Assembly (NCBI GenBank): GCA_965205505.1
Contig: CBDBHB010000009.1
Coordinates: 288,001 to 352,000, forward strand
From: Acidobacteriota bacterium
Lineage (GTDB): Bacteria; Acidobacteriota; UBA890; WLXD01
Direction of reading: 5' to 3'
Length of the DNA stretch: 64,000 bases
Shown piece after piece: positions 9,816 through 20,667 of the stretch (positions are counted from its first letter, which is position 1; the number at the start of each line of letters is the position of its first letter). The translations under genes and the position numbers were made by a program. Below the pieces are notes generated by a model. It saw only the letters and a list, made by a program, of their open reading frames with translations, was not told where the DNA came from and did no database searches.

Positions 9816-10700
9816 TCAGTAACTCGGTGCTGACAAGGGGTTGTTGAGGCCGGCGAAGCGGAGCGTAGCCGGCTTCAACAACAGCGCCTCCGGGGCCGGT
9901 GGTCGGTAGCCCAACGAGCTGTGCGGTCGCATGCGGTTGTACTGCTGCCTCCATCTCTCGATCAGAACCTTTGCCTCCTTGAGCGTGTAGAAGATCTCGC
10001 CGTTGAGCAGCTCGTCTCGGAGCTTGCCGTTGAAGCTCTCCACGTAGCCGTTCTCCCACGGCGAGCCCGGCTCGATGAACAGCGTGCCCACACCGAGCCT
10101 ACCGAGCCAGTCGCGAACCGCCTCGGCGGTGAACTCCGGTCCGTTATCGGACCGGATGTGCTCAGGTATGCCCCGGTGCACGAACAACCACCCGAGCCGC
10201 TCGAGCACGTCCTCACAGTTGAGCTTCCGTGCCACGTCGATCGCCAGGCTTTCTCGTGTGTACTCATCGACGATCGTCAGCAGCCTCATAGCCCGACCCT
10301 CGTGCGTCCGGTGATGAACGAAGTCATACGCCCAGACGTGATCTTTGCGCTGTGGTCGCAGCCGGATGCACGAGCCATCGCTGAGCCACAGCCGGGCTCG
10401 TTTGGGCTGCTTTGTCGGTACTTTCAGCCCCTCACGCCTCCAGATACGCTGCACTCGTTTGTGGTTCACCCACCAGCCCTCCATACGCAACAACGCCGTC
10501 ACTCGCCGATACCCGTAGCGCCCGTATTGTCGGGCTAGATCCACGATCCGCTCCGTCAACATCTGCTCATCGCCCGGTTCTCTTGGCATGTACCTGTGTG
10601 TCGTGCGTGGTTGTTTCAGTACCCGGCACGCCCGCCTCTCGGAGACGCCCAGCCGCCCCTGTACATGCGCCACCGCCTCGCGCCGTCGAGCTGGGCTCAG
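9816..10700 (-). CDS. IS3 transposase OrfB (DDE)
   Basis: [39 protein letters not shown]. Confidence 0.9.
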   Translation of the reverse strand: MSPARRREAVAHVQGRLGVSERRACRVLKQPRTTHRYMPREPGDEQMLTERIVDLARQYGRYGYRRVTALLRMEGWWVNHKRVQRIWRREGLKVPTKQPKRARLWLSDGSCIRLRPQRKDHVWAYDFVHHRTHEGRAMRLLTIVDEYTRESLAIDVARKLNCEDVLERLGWLFVHRGIPEHIRSDNGPEFTAEAVRDWLGRLGVGTLFIEPGSPWENGYVESFNGKLRDELLNGEIFYTLKEAKVLIERWRQQYNRMRPHSSLGYRPPAPEALLLKPATLRFAGLNNPLSAPSY

Positions 10701-10975
10701 AAGTTTCCCTCCGCGACTTCCTTCAGGATCGACAGGTCGAGCTCTTTCTCCGCCACCAGTTTCTTGAGCCGGGCGTTTTCTTTCTCCAGCTGCTTGAGCC
10801 TTCTGGCCTGGTTGACCTTCAGCCCCCCGTACTCCCGCCGCCACCGATAGTAGGTGTGCTCGGTGATCGCTAGCTTGCGGCAGGCATCCTTGACCGTCCC
10901 GCCTTGCGCCAGCTCCACTTCAGCCTCCCGGAGCTTGCGTACGATCTGCTCGGCGCTGTGCCTCTTCGTCGGCAT
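10697..10975 (-). CDS. IS3 transposase OrfA
   Basis: [14 protein letters not shown]...[11 protein letters not shown]...[14 protein letters not shown]. Confidence 0.9.
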   Translation of the reverse strand: MPTKRHSAEQIVRKLREAEVELAQGGTVKDACRKLAITEHTYYRWRREYGGLKVNQARRLKQLEKENARLKKLVAEKELDLSILKEVAEGNF

Positions 10976-11041
10976 TCTGACCTCCCCTTTTCGACCCAGA
11001 TCGTGAGATTACCTCTGGATCCGTTTTGGGGGGTCAGGTCA

Positions 11042-12009
11042 TCCCCACGCCGAGCCTACCGAGCCAGTCGCGAACCGCCTGGGCAGTGAACTCCGGTCCG
11101 TTATCCGACCGGATGTGCTCAGGTATGCCTCGGTGCACGAACAACCACCCGAGCCGCTCTAGCACGTCCTCACAGTTGAGCTTCCGCGCCACGTCGATCG
11201 CCAGGCTTTCTCGCGTGTACTCATCGACGATCGTCAGCAGCCTCATAGCTCGACCGTCGTGCCTCCGGTGGTGGACGAAGTCATACGCCCAGACGTGATC
11301 TTTGCGCTGTGATCGCAGGCGGATGCACGAGCCATCGTTGAGCCATAGCCGGGCTCGTTTGGGCTGCTTTCTCGGTACCTTCAGCCCTTCGCGCCGCCAG
11401 ATACGCTGCACTCGTTTGTGGTTCACATACCAGCCCTCCATGCGCAGCAACGCTGTTACCCTCCGATACCCGTAGCGCCCGTACTGCCGGGCTAGATCCA
11501 CGATCCGCTCCGTCAGCATCTGCTCCTGTTGCGGCCCTCTTGGCACGCACCTCTGCCTCGTGCGTGGTTGTTTCAGTACCCGACATGCCCGCCTCTCCGA
11601 TACGCTCAGCTGCCCCCGCACGTGCGCCACCGCCTCGCGCCGGCGCGCCGGGCTCAGAAGTTTCCCGACGACACCTCTTTGAGGATGGCGTTGTCGAGCA
11701 TCGTCTCCGCCAGCAGCTTCTTGAGCCGCCCGTTCTCGCGCTCCAGCTCCTTGAGTCGCCGTGCCTGATCCACCCTCAGCCCGCCGTATTCCTTACGCCA
11801 CCGGTAGTACGTGTTCTCGCTGATGCCCAGCTTCCGGCACGCCTGTGGCCTCTTGGCTCCTTGCGCCAGCTCGATCTCTGCCTCCCTGAGCTTGGCGATG
11901 ATCTGCTCTACCGTGTATCGCTTCCGGGCCATTTGTCCCCCTTCCCGAGCCTTCCTGAGTGCCTCAATTCCTAACTCTCAATCTGGCCCGATTATTGGGG
12001 GGCAGGTCA
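11042..12009 (-). mobile_element. Related IS3 element, 3'-truncated by the adjacent IS3
   Basis: orfA 11654-11932; orfB stops after LGRLGVG at the neighbouring IS end; IR GGGGGCAGGTCA ends at 12009. Confidence 0.9.
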
Positions 12010-12099
12010 AACTCGATGATGCACCCGCGCGCGGGATCGGGAGCCGGAGCGCCAGCTCGAGGATCTGGTGCAAAGCTCCGGCAGCGGCGCTCGAGGGGC

Positions 12100-12310
12100 G
12101 GTCAGCGGATCGGCCACGGTGGTGGAGCCAGGCCTCGCGCGCCCGGACCTGCTCGAGCGTGAGGCGATCGCCAGCGTGCTTGCGCTCGTGGCAGTCCCGG
12201 CAGATCGGCTGGATGTTGTTGCGGTCCCAGAAGCGCTCCGGAGACAGGTGCACAGGCTCGATGTGGTCGATGTGCTCGGCGGCCGACTGTGAAGCCCGCT
12301 TCGCCGCAGG
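12100..12310 (-). pseudogene. Phage-type HNH endonuclease fragment (paralogue of 50223-50552)
   Basis: AAEHIDHIEPVHLSPERFWDRNNIQPICRDCHERK. Confidence 0.75.
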
Positions 12311-12354
12311 CCTTGGACTGGACATGTGCCGGCAAACGAGCGTCACTGTGGGTG

Positions 12355-12482
12355 CCTTCGGCGTACCCCTCCGTTACGCATAGGACATCGCAATCGGGCT
12401 CAGCCAAGGCGGCACTGACACGGTCGCCACGCGGAGTCCGCAGTTTCGCCCATTCGGTATTCCAGGTGCCTATGCGGGGCAT
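12355..12482 (-). pseudogene. Endonuclease/exonuclease/phosphatase N-terminal fragment
   Basis: MPRIGTWNTEW...DCDVLCVTEG. Confidence 0.6.
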
Positions 12483-12567
12483 GGTTTGACTGTACCCTGC
12501 CCGCACCTCCAACCGTGCGCACAAGTTTCTCGCGGCGTGCGGGGCGCGTGTAGGGCACGCAACGGCT

Positions 12568-12882
12568 CTAACGCGGGACCTCGTTGTCGTACCCGGTCAA
12601 CTCCCAGCGCACCATCGATACCGGGATCACACCGACAGCGGCAAACTCGTCCATGAACCGCTTCAGAGTGAATCTATCTCCGAGTTGGATGGCGCGTTCG
12701 GCGAGGAGCCTCCCGATCTCGATCTTGCCCATGACGTAGCTGGTGCCGTATCCGGGCTGCGTGAGGTAGAAATGCTCCTCGCCCTGGATGGTGTCGCCGT
12801 CGGCCGGCAGCCACCCGCGCGGCATCCACTCCGAGGCAAACTCGGTCGCCTCCTGCAACGTCCACTCCTGCCCATGCTGCAT
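12568..12882 (-). pseudogene. DUF885-family C-terminal fragment
   Basis: YLTQPGYGTSYVMGKIEI...LGDRFTLKRFMDEF...GVIPVSMVRWEL. Confidence 0.65.
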
Positions 12883-12911
12883 CAGACCACCGATCGCGCA
12901 CGCTGCACGAT

Positions 12912-13346
12912 GTGGGGCCCGCGCCCGAGTTCATCGTCGGCCGGCTCAAGTCCTGGTTCGAAGCGGGGGTGCCCAATGACTCCATCTGCCTAGCTACACG
13001 GACTAACTCGCAGCTCAAGGCTCGCTATAAGGCCATCCTGGCCGCCGCGGAGATCTCCGCCGTCTACGTCGAGCGTACCCCCGCCTCCGAAAGAGGTCCC
13101 GGCGTTCGCCTTGCCAACATGCACCGAATGAAGGGCCTGGAGTTCTCTCGCGTTCTGCTCGCCGGCGTTCAGGACGGGACGATGCCACTCTCGAGCGAAC
13201 ATACGGAGGCCGCTGACGTAGCCGGCCGCGAACACTGGGAGCTAAAAGAGTGGTGCCTGTTCTATGTGGCGCAGAGCCGGGCGAGGGACGGGCTGACGAT
13301 AACGGGGTTCGGGGCCCCAAGTGAACTCGTCGAGCCACCGTCGTGA
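12912..13346 (+). pseudogene. UvrD-like SF1 helicase C-terminal fragment (inverted near-copy of 20690-21090)
   Basis: GVRLANMHRMKGLEFSRV...CLFYVAQSRARDGLTIT. Confidence 0.8.
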
Positions 13347-13794
13347 TTAGGGAGGCTGGAGCTAGATCCGATCGCCGAGCGGCTGGGATGACGGGCTCAG
13401 GTTGATCTAGAGCGTCGGGGCAAGCTCGCGAAGGTGTTCCTCGCCAAGCCGCTCGAGCAGATAGGCCATTAGGTCGTCCTGGCGCGGTTGTCGGAACAGC
13501 ATGTGATGGACCGCCAGTGATCGTTTGAGTGCAATTAACTCACCTATGCGGAGCTGGACATAAAGCCCTCTCGAGACAGTCGAGCTGGCAGTACTCTTCG
13601 ACAATCCCCTGCTCGCCCTGTTAGCGAGCTCCGTGATGGCGCAGTGATCCGGGAGGCTGATTGCGCTCACGCTCTTCCTGCTGATGCGTCCCTGGAGTGT
13701 CTCGTGGGGCGGGGGTCCGCCGCAAAACGGATGCGAAACTCGTACTATCTGCGCGTTCTCCCGATGGTAACGCGCTAGGAGACGAGGAGCGGCG

Positions 13795-16215
13795 ATGGCC
13801 CGCCTGAAGAACGCCGACGTGCAGCCCGTGTACGACGCTGCAGACAAGTTCGTCGAGGTAGCCCTACGCGCTGCCGAATCGCTCTTCACTCCCGGGTCCT
13901 CTATTTGGACGTCCGAGAACCTAGACGACCTTCACTCTCGATTTGTTGAGAACCCGGATGAATCGTCCGACTCCTTCGACGCCAAGCTCGAGCGCCAGCT
14001 CGGGGGGGCACCCGATGCAACGACTCAGCTTGCTGCGGAGCTGATCTATGTGCATCTCCTCATTGCCCGCTCGATGAGCGGCGTTAAAAAGAGGGCACTG
14101 CTCAGTAAGGTGATTTCTTGGATGGCATCGCCCGTCGAGATCCCGGACGAGCTCGACGCTGTTCTGAATACGGGCATCGCCAGCACGGGCATGGCGTTCC
14201 TGACGTACCGGCCTTTCCAGCTTTGGATGCTGATCGACTTCATGCGTCGATGGAAAGAGATGCCCGCAGACGAGCGGGAGGACCGCCTCACCGACCCATG
14301 GAAGTTCAAGGAGACAGTCGCAGCGTCTGCGCAGAAGGCCTCGTCGCCTCAGGAGGAGGCCTTGATGCACCTCGTGTTCCCGGACACGTTCGAGCCGCTC
14401 ATCCTGCGCAGCGCCAAGAAGCGCATCGCGGAGCACTTCGCGGAGCATGTGCACACTCCAACGCCGGACGTAGACCGGCAGCTCCTTGAGATCCGCGAGG
14501 CGCTTACCCAGGAGTACGGTGCGGGATTCATGTTTTATGACCCGCCGATTGCCGTGCAGTGGCAAAAGGACTCCAGCCATTGGGGTCAGTTTGTGCACTG
14601 GGCACAGCGTTTCTACGACGTCGAGGCTCTCGAGAAGGAAGAGCGTGCCTACAAGTTCGATTGTGCGAAGCGACTTCGCGACGCGATCGGTGCAGTGCGT
14701 GAAGATCGGGACGACTGGCCCAAGACGATGCGCTGGGCGTTCGGCGGCAAGAACAACATCACCAACCACCACAGTCACGGGCCATTCCTCGACTGGTGCT
14801 CGGACGAGACGGAGACGGCGCTTGCCGCGTTGCTGTCGCTGTTCGCCGAGGAGCGGCCGCTGTCGGAGCGTATCCGAGCGTTCAGTCGGGCCTTTCCGCG
14901 TGAGGTGCTCTCGGGCCGCGGTGTCCGGTTGAACCTCATCTCTTTCATGCTGATGGGATTCGACCCGGTCGAGTATCCGCCCTACCAGTACACTCCGTAC
15001 AACAAGGTGATCGGCCTCGTCGGATTCCAGCGCCCAGGGCCCGCTAATGCCGAGGAGGTTGTGTACACCTGGGCTCTGCAATTCCTCGACGAGTTCATCG
15101 ATCAGGCCGCCAGCCGCGGATTGGAACTTCGCGATCGACTCGATGCCCAGTCGATGGTCTGGGTATTGATGACCAAGTACCGGCTCAAAGAGCTCGATCC
15201 GGCGGCGCAAGCGGCATATCTGGAGTTTCTCGGCGAGGAAGCGCCCACCTCCCCGACTGAGCCGCTCGTTGTTAAGGAGGAGCCTGATACCGACGGCGCG
15301 GAGGTTGAGACGCTGGCCGACGTCGCCGCCGAGCTCCTCATCGCCCCAACCTACCTCCGGGATATGGTGCGACTGCTCGAGGCCAAGCGGCAGATCATTT
15401 TCCACGGCCCGCCCGGCACCGGGAAGACATTCGTTGCCCTCCGGCTTGCCGAGTATCTCGCCGGCTCTTCGGACGCCGCCGACCTTGTTCAGTTCCATCC
15501 CTCCTATGCCTACGAGGACTTTGTCGAGGGCTACCGACCTCACCGCTACGAGACTGGACTAGGCTTTCGGCTGCAGGACGGTCCGCTCAAGAGGCTCGCG
15601 AAGAAGGCCGGCTCCGCGCCTGACGTGCGACACGTGCTTGTGATCGACGAGATCAACCGCGGCAACATCGCCAAGGTCTTCGGAGAACTCTATTTCCTGC
15701 TGGAGTACCGCAAGCACGAAATCCAGTTGCAGTATTCCCAGGAGCCGTTCGCGATGCCGGCGAACCTGCTCGTGATCGGCACGATGAACACAGCCGACCG
15801 GTCGATCGCTCTAGTGGACCTGGCGCTCCGGCGCCGATTCCACTTCTATCCGTTCTTCCCACACCAACCGCCGGTGGAGGGTCTTCTATCCCGCTGGCTG
15901 GAGCGAAATAGGCCGAAGATGGCGTGGGTCGCCCCGGTGCTCGATCGGCTCAACAAACTGCTGGACGACCGCGACGTGGCAGTCGGACCCAGCCACTTCA
16001 TGCGCAAGGATCTCGATGACGACTGGGTTCGTCTGATCTGGGAGCACTCGATCCTCCCCTACGTAGCCGAGCAGTTGCACGGGGAGCGGGAACGCCTGGC
16101 CGATTTTGCCCTCGACGTGCTTCGCGGCAACGAGTCAGTTTCGGCGGGAGAAGTAGAAGCTGCCGATACCGCGGGGAGTGAGGAGGCCGATGGCGAGCAC
16201 GCTGAGGCTGACTGA
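13795..16215 (+). CDS. mcrB: McrB-family AAA+ GTPase restriction subunit with long N-terminal region
   Basis: GPPGTGKT, VQFHPSYAYEDFVEG, IDEINRGN, GTMNTADRS, ALRRRF. Confidence 0.93.
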   Translation: MARLKNADVQPVYDAADKFVEVALRAAESLFTPGSSIWTSENLDDLHSRFVENPDESSDSFDAKLERQLGGAPDATTQLAAELIYVHLLIARSMSGVKKRALLSKVISWMASPVEIPDELDAVLNTGIASTGMAFLTYRPFQLWMLIDFMRRWKEMPADEREDRLTDPWKFKETVAASAQKASSPQEEALMHLVFPDTFEPLILRSAKKRIAEHFAEHVHTPTPDVDRQLLEIREALTQEYGAGFMFYDPPIAVQWQKDSSHWGQFVHWAQRFYDVEALEKEERAYKFDCAKRLRDAIGAVREDRDDWPKTMRWAFGGKNNITNHHSHGPFLDWCSDETETALAALLSLFAEERPLSERIRAFSRAFPREVLSGRGVRLNLISFMLMGFDPVEYPPYQYTPYNKVIGLVGFQRPGPANAEEVVYTWALQFLDEFIDQAASRGLELRDRLDAQSMVWVLMTKYRLKELDPAAQAAYLEFLGEEAPTSPTEPLVVKEEPDTDGAEVETLADVAAELLIAPTYLRDMVRLLEAKRQIIFHGPPGTGKTFVALRLAEYLAGSSDAADLVQFHPSYAYEDFVEGYRPHRYETGLGFRLQDGPLKRLAKKAGSAPDVRHVLVIDEINRGNIAKVFGELYFLLEYRKHEIQLQYSQEPFAMPANLLVIGTMNTADRSIALVDLALRRRFHFYPFFPHQPPVEGLLSRWLERNRPKMAWVAPVLDRLNKLLDDRDVAVGPSHFMRKDLDDDWVRLIWEHSILPYVAEQLHGERERLADFALDVLRGNESVSAGEVEAADTAGSEEADGEHAEAD

Positions 16216-17410
16216 ATATCAGCGTTCTCCGGCAGTTCGCCTCGAGCCGGAGCTACGCGACGCCCTGGCCGGCGCGATTCCGGGCATCACCGTGACGCCC
16301 GTCGCCGGAGAGCGGGATGCCTATGACCTGACTCCGTCCTCCTGGATTGGCGTGGTCGCGCTGCCGGGACTGATCGTCGAGGTCCAGCCGAAGATCCCTG
16401 TGGATCGTCTGTTGTTTCTCCTCTCGTACTCGTTGCACAAGCGCGGCTGGCAAATCCAGGACGCGGCGCTCGACCCGAGCAAGGGGCTTCTCGAGGCGTT
16501 CGTGCCGATCTTCTGCGAGGTGGTCCGGCGGGGAATTCACCCAGACCTTCTTCAGGGCTACCGAACCGAGGAAGACGCTCTGCAGACGGTGCGCGGCCGC
16601 ATCCGGTTCGATGACCAGATCCGCGACCGGTTCGGCATCTTCCCGCCGATCGAAGTGCGTTACGACGAGTTCACGGTGGATACCAACATGAACCGCCTTA
16701 TCAAAGCTGCAGTGCATCGTCTGGGGCGTCTGACGGTGCGATCCGCGCAAGCGCGGTCGGAGCTCAGGCGGCTCGCTGCGCGTTTCCGGCCGGTGACGCT
16801 GGCGCCGTTCGAGGCAAGGAAGTTGCCGGAATTTTCCTACGATCGGCTCACGGACCGTTACCGGCCCGCTTTGGAATTGGCCTCGTTGGTGCTTCGGGCG
16901 ACCTCGGTAGAGTTGCGGGCCGGAGCTCTCGAGGCACCGTCGCTGCTTGTAGACATGAACCAAGTGTTCGAGGACTTCGTGGTTACGGCCCTACGTGAGG
17001 AGCTCCGCCTCGGCGAGCCAGGGTTTCCCCAGAACTGCCATGGCCATCGGATGAGACTCGACACCGGGGGACGCGTGAAGCTCGAGCCGGATCTGTCGTG
17101 GTGGGAGGCCGGTCGGTGCGTCTTCGTCGGAGATGCCAAGTACAAACGCCTCGAGACAAAGGGCTTCAAGAACGGTGATTTGTACCAGATGCTCGCCTAT
17201 TGTACGGCGGCCGATCTGCCCGGCGGCCTGCTTGTCTACGCCGCCGGCGAAGGCGATGTCGGGAACTACGAGATCGTCTATGCAGACAAGACTATCGAGG
17301 TCGTGCATCTGAACTTGGATGGCACACCTGAGACCGTGCTCAGAGAGATCGCTGCGCTTGCGGAGCGGGTGCGACGGTGGCGACAAAGTTCGATTCGATC
17401 CGCCGCCTAG
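16190..17410 (+). CDS. mcrC: McrC-family restriction nuclease subunit
   Basis: AGGAGG RBS, overlaps the mcrB end; YDEFTVDTNMNRLIK, DMNQVFEDFV, LEPDL...GDAKYK, DLYQMLAY. Confidence 0.92.
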   Translation: MASTLRLTEYQRSPAVRLEPELRDALAGAIPGITVTPVAGERDAYDLTPSSWIGVVALPGLIVEVQPKIPVDRLLFLLSYSLHKRGWQIQDAALDPSKGLLEAFVPIFCEVVRRGIHPDLLQGYRTEEDALQTVRGRIRFDDQIRDRFGIFPPIEVRYDEFTVDTNMNRLIKAAVHRLGRLTVRSAQARSELRRLAARFRPVTLAPFEARKLPEFSYDRLTDRYRPALELASLVLRATSVELRAGALEAPSLLVDMNQVFEDFVVTALREELRLGEPGFPQNCHGHRMRLDTGGRVKLEPDLSWWEAGRCVFVGDAKYKRLETKGFKNGDLYQMLAYCTAADLPGGLLVYAAGEGDVGNYEIVYADKTIEVVHLNLDGTPETVLREIAALAERVRRWRQSSIRSAA

Positions 17411-17669
17411 TTGGGTAACAAAGGAAGACCCGAAATGACCGAAGAGAGCGGTGTCGGTTCGTTCGTGCCGGTAGCGGACCACCACAGCAGATACAGGTCT
17501 GAGCCGCCGAGCCGGCTACGGCATGGTCTCCACTTCAACGCGATCCCCGGTCCTGATCGGGCCGGCGACGTCGACCAGGGGCGCACGCGGCTGGGGGAAG
17601 AAAGAGCGCCGCCGACCACGCCCCGCAGGTTGAAGGCATGCTTGGGAAACATGGCCGCCTGCACCAGGT

Positions 17670-17740
17670 TCGCCGCCCCGCTCGGTGCAGGCGGGCTGGG
17701 GCAGGTGTACCGAGCACGCGATACCACGCTGGATCGTCAT
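17670..17740 (+). pseudogene. Ser/Thr kinase N-terminal stub
   Basis: PLGAGGLGQVYRARDTTLDR (Gly-rich loop) only. Confidence 0.5.
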
Positions 17741-17805
17741 CCTGGACTCAGGCGGCCTTCCCTACGAAACGGAATGAGATCCCGGCGCAAGCACGTCGGC
17801 TGTGA

Positions 17806-18735
17806 CTAGTCGGCATCGTTCTTGCCTTGGTTAATGACGCTCATCGCGGTTGCCATCATCGACGCTGCATCCGCGACGCTGGCCGGCAGGATCATTGTGT
17901 TGTTGGTCTTGGCCAGCTCTCCGAACTTCTCGATGTAATCCTGCGCGACCTTCAGCTGAACCGCCGCCGGGCCGCCGGGGGCACCAATTGCTTCGGCGAC
18001 GCGAGTAATCCCGTCCGCGGTCGCGGCGGCCACGGCGAGGATCGCCTGGGCCTTCCCCTCTGCCTCGTTGATCTGCTTCTGCTTGGCGGCTTCCGAAGCC
18101 TTGATGACCTGCTGCTTGGCCCCGTCGGCCTCGTTAATTGCGGCATCGCGCTCTCCTTCCGAAGTGAGGATAACGGCACGCTTTTCGCGTTCAGCGCGCA
18201 TCTGTTTCTCCATCGCGGCGAGAACGTCCTGCGGAGGCGTGATGTTCTTGATCTCGTAGCGCAGCACCTTGATCCCCCAGGGATCGGAGGCTTTGTCAAC
18301 CTCGTCAACAACTTGAACGTTGATTGAGGTGCGCTCTTCAAAGGTGCGGTCCAGATCGATCTTGCCGATTTCACTACGCAGCGTCGTCTGGGCAAGTTGG
18401 CTAATCGCGAACATGTAGTTGCCTACACCGTAGGAGGCGCGTTTCGGGTCCATAACCTTGAGGTACAGGACTCCATCGACGCCGACTTGGACGTTGTCGC
18501 GAGTGATACAGATCTGTTCCGGAATGTCGACCGCCGTTTCCTTTAGACCGTGCCGGTAGCGAATCACGTCGAGAAACGGCAGGAGTATGTGAAATCCAGG
18601 GTCGAGTGTCTTGTGGAACCGCCCCAACCGTTCGACGACATAGGCATTCTGCTGTGGGACCACCGTCGCAGTCTTGGCAATAACGACAGCAACCAGAGCT
18701 GCGATCACGGCAAAAACGAAGACGGTCATGCTCAT
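17806..18735 (-). CDS. SPFH/stomatin-like (paraslipin/QmcA-like) protein
   Basis: VVERLGRFH...EQICITRDNV...AQTTLRSEIG...MEKQMRAEREKRA. Confidence 0.92.
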   Translation of the reverse strand: MSMTVFVFAVIAALVAVVIAKTATVVPQQNAYVVERLGRFHKTLDPGFHILLPFLDVIRYRHGLKETAVDIPEQICITRDNVQVGVDGVLYLKVMDPKRASYGVGNYMFAISQLAQTTLRSEIGKIDLDRTFEERTSINVQVVDEVDKASDPWGIKVLRYEIKNITPPQDVLAAMEKQMRAEREKRAVILTSEGERDAAINEADGAKQQVIKASEAAKQKQINEAEGKAQAILAVAAATADGITRVAEAIGAPGGPAAVQLKVAQDYIEKFGELAKTNNTMILPASVADAASMMATAMSVINQGKNDAD

Positions 18736-19172
18736 GTCTGGCTCCTCCGAATGTAGAGTTTCAACCCGTCGACCTGCTCAACTACGCCCTTGTCACCTTG
18801 AGCAAGAACCTCTGTTCCTACATTCTCCGCACCCCAGGAGGTTTCGCGAAGCTCAGCCCTGCCATCGGCTCCGGGAGCGATGTCCTCCGCGACGACCACC
18901 GGCACGCCCACCAGCGAGTCAACCTGTCCAGCATCGTCTCCAGTCGTTTCCAGTCTTCGGAGAATCGGCCCGCGCAGGGTAAGAAGGGACACCACAGAGA
19001 GTACCGAGCACATGGCCCACTGAAACCAAACGGGTCCGCCGATACCGAGCGATACTAGTACCCCAACGACGACAGCGGCGGCACCAAAGAAGAGCAGGAT
19101 GATGCCCCCCGGAACGATGACCTCGAAGGCGAGCAGCCCCAGCCCGACGAGTATCCAGATCCACCAATCCAT
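18732..19172 (-). CDS. NfeD-family membrane protein
   Basis: MDWWIWILVGLGLLAFEVIVPG; C-terminal OB fold; coupled to the SPFH gene. Confidence 0.88.
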   Translation of the reverse strand: MDWWIWILVGLGLLAFEVIVPGGIILLFFGAAAVVVGVLVSLGIGGPVWFQWAMCSVLSVVSLLTLRGPILRRLETTGDDAGQVDSLVGVPVVVAEDIAPGADGRAELRETSWGAENVGTEVLAQGDKGVVEQVDGLKLYIRRSQT

Positions 19173-19489
19173 GCCAGATCTCCTTCGGTCGGCAAGTCGG
19201 ATTCCACATACATCTACTGGGAGGGTACTCCCCATGAACTCCAATCCGGACCACTAGCACAGAAGCTCGCAGCGACTAGCTCTCGTCGAACCCCCACTGC
19301 TCGTCAGAGAGCGTGAGCATCGCGGCTCCGTTAGTCGTCACCGACCTGATGCTATCGCGAATCTCCTACGACTTCAGCACCCGGCTGTTCCTTGCCGCCC
19401 TCATCCAATACGACAATCAGACGGATCAAGTACTGTCCAACATCCGGCTCAACTTCATCCACACGCCGGGCGCCGTCCGCGAGCGCTCC

Positions 19490-20170
19490 CTTGGCAACGA
19501 AGAGCTCATCCTCGCTCGCTCGCGTGTCACGGATCTTGTGCAGCTCCCGGAAGGTACGCTCCACCAGCAAGCGCCCGGCCTCGGGTCGCCCGGAGGAGCG
19601 GAACGTGTAGCTCCCGGGGACCTCGCACGCCGGGTTCCAGGAACGAGCTGTTGTCGTTGGTGATAACGCTCAGCGCCGTCGGCGTTGGCCGCGGCCGTAT
19701 CGTCAGCCGACGGACTACGGCCGAACGGATGGTCGCGGAACAAGCGGCTGTCGAACGAGGCGATCGCCCCGGCGATCGAGCTCCCCCAGTCGATTCCCTC
19801 GGTCTGAGACCTGCGCCCCATTGCCGCGGCCGATGCGACGCCGAACGCGGGCGCCTGCAGGACGGCCGCGAACAGGTCGAGCGCCCGCCATGCATCTTCG
19901 GCGGGCACATCGAGGCTCACCCCGGTCTCCTCGCGTCCCACGCTCACCGTGTACGCGGCTGCCATCTCGTCGAGCGCCGCACGGAAGTCTGCCACGGACA
20001 TTGGATGCCGGACCGCGCCGCAGCGCCGCAGCCACGGCTGTGGAGCGCCATCGCCGCCGCGATGAGGAAGCGCCGGTTGATCATGGCCCGTCCTCCGAGG
20101 CAGGTCGCCGCGGCGTTCGTGAGCGCGCCACGCCCACCGAGCGGTTATCGGGCACGAAGTAGAGCTGCGC
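19490..20170 (-). pseudogene. M16 (insulinase) peptidase fragments
   Basis: FRAALDEMAA...ALDLFAAVLQAPAF...LFRDHPFG; FRELHKIRDTRASEDELFVAKGAL. Confidence 0.55.
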
Positions 20171-20394
20171 GACTTGGGCGATGTGGATGTTCTTACTCCA
20201 CCCAATGTGGGCTTTAGTTTTCGCGACGCTGCCGGGCGCTCAACAGAACTGTTGCTCCCTAATTCCGACATACTAGTGCGCGTCGCGGCTATGTGTGATT
20301 TGGAAACGCTCGACTCATTGAGAAAAAGAGCGCCCGGGTGACCCTGCGTTACTGGCCGAATTGCAGCCGTGCCACTGCACCTCGAGCAGCAAGC

Positions 20395-20520
20395 TCACCG
20401 CAGGCTCTTGGTATCAGCCAGGATCGACTTCCAGGCCAAGAAGTCCGCCACGGCCTCCAACAAGCTCTCCAGCTCCCTTTCATCCGCTGCCAGGAACACC
20501 AGCGTGTTGCGATGCAACCG
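20395..20520 (-). pseudogene. DUF499-type AAA+ ATPase internal fragment
   Basis: PRLHRNTLVFLAADERELESLLEAVADFLAWKSIL. Confidence 0.55.
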
Positions 20521-20667
20521 GGGCGAAGTGCCCCGGTTCGGCATGATGTCTGCCGTACTCTCCAAAGCAGCCGATTCCTGCTGCCGATGTCTATGGCTCA
20601 CATCGGGTGGAACAATGACGAGCCTGCACCCCGTTCGGCAATCGGATCCAACTCCAGCCTCCCCGGT

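Larger units (their letters stand above)
9782..11041 (-). mobile_element. Complete IS3-family element (IS407-like), 1260 bp, copy 1
   Basis: IRs TGACCTGACCCC / GGGGTCAGGTCA; orfA 10697-10975 and orfB to 9816 joined by a GGGAAAC -1 frameshift site; [23 protein letters not shown]. Confidence 0.95.

Noticed and set aside
13407-13889. 160-aa CDS opposite the mcrB start
   Set aside because: Only the last 50 or so residues resemble a helicase tail (LKRSLAVHHMLFRQPRQDDL); the rest overlaps the mcrB leader, so at most a small remnant.
13921-15543. 540-aa antisense ORF and similar long antisense ORFs (e.g. 31938-33674, 38392-39759, 29015-30244)
   Set aside because: Shadow frames of real high-GC genes on the opposite strand, with no motifs.
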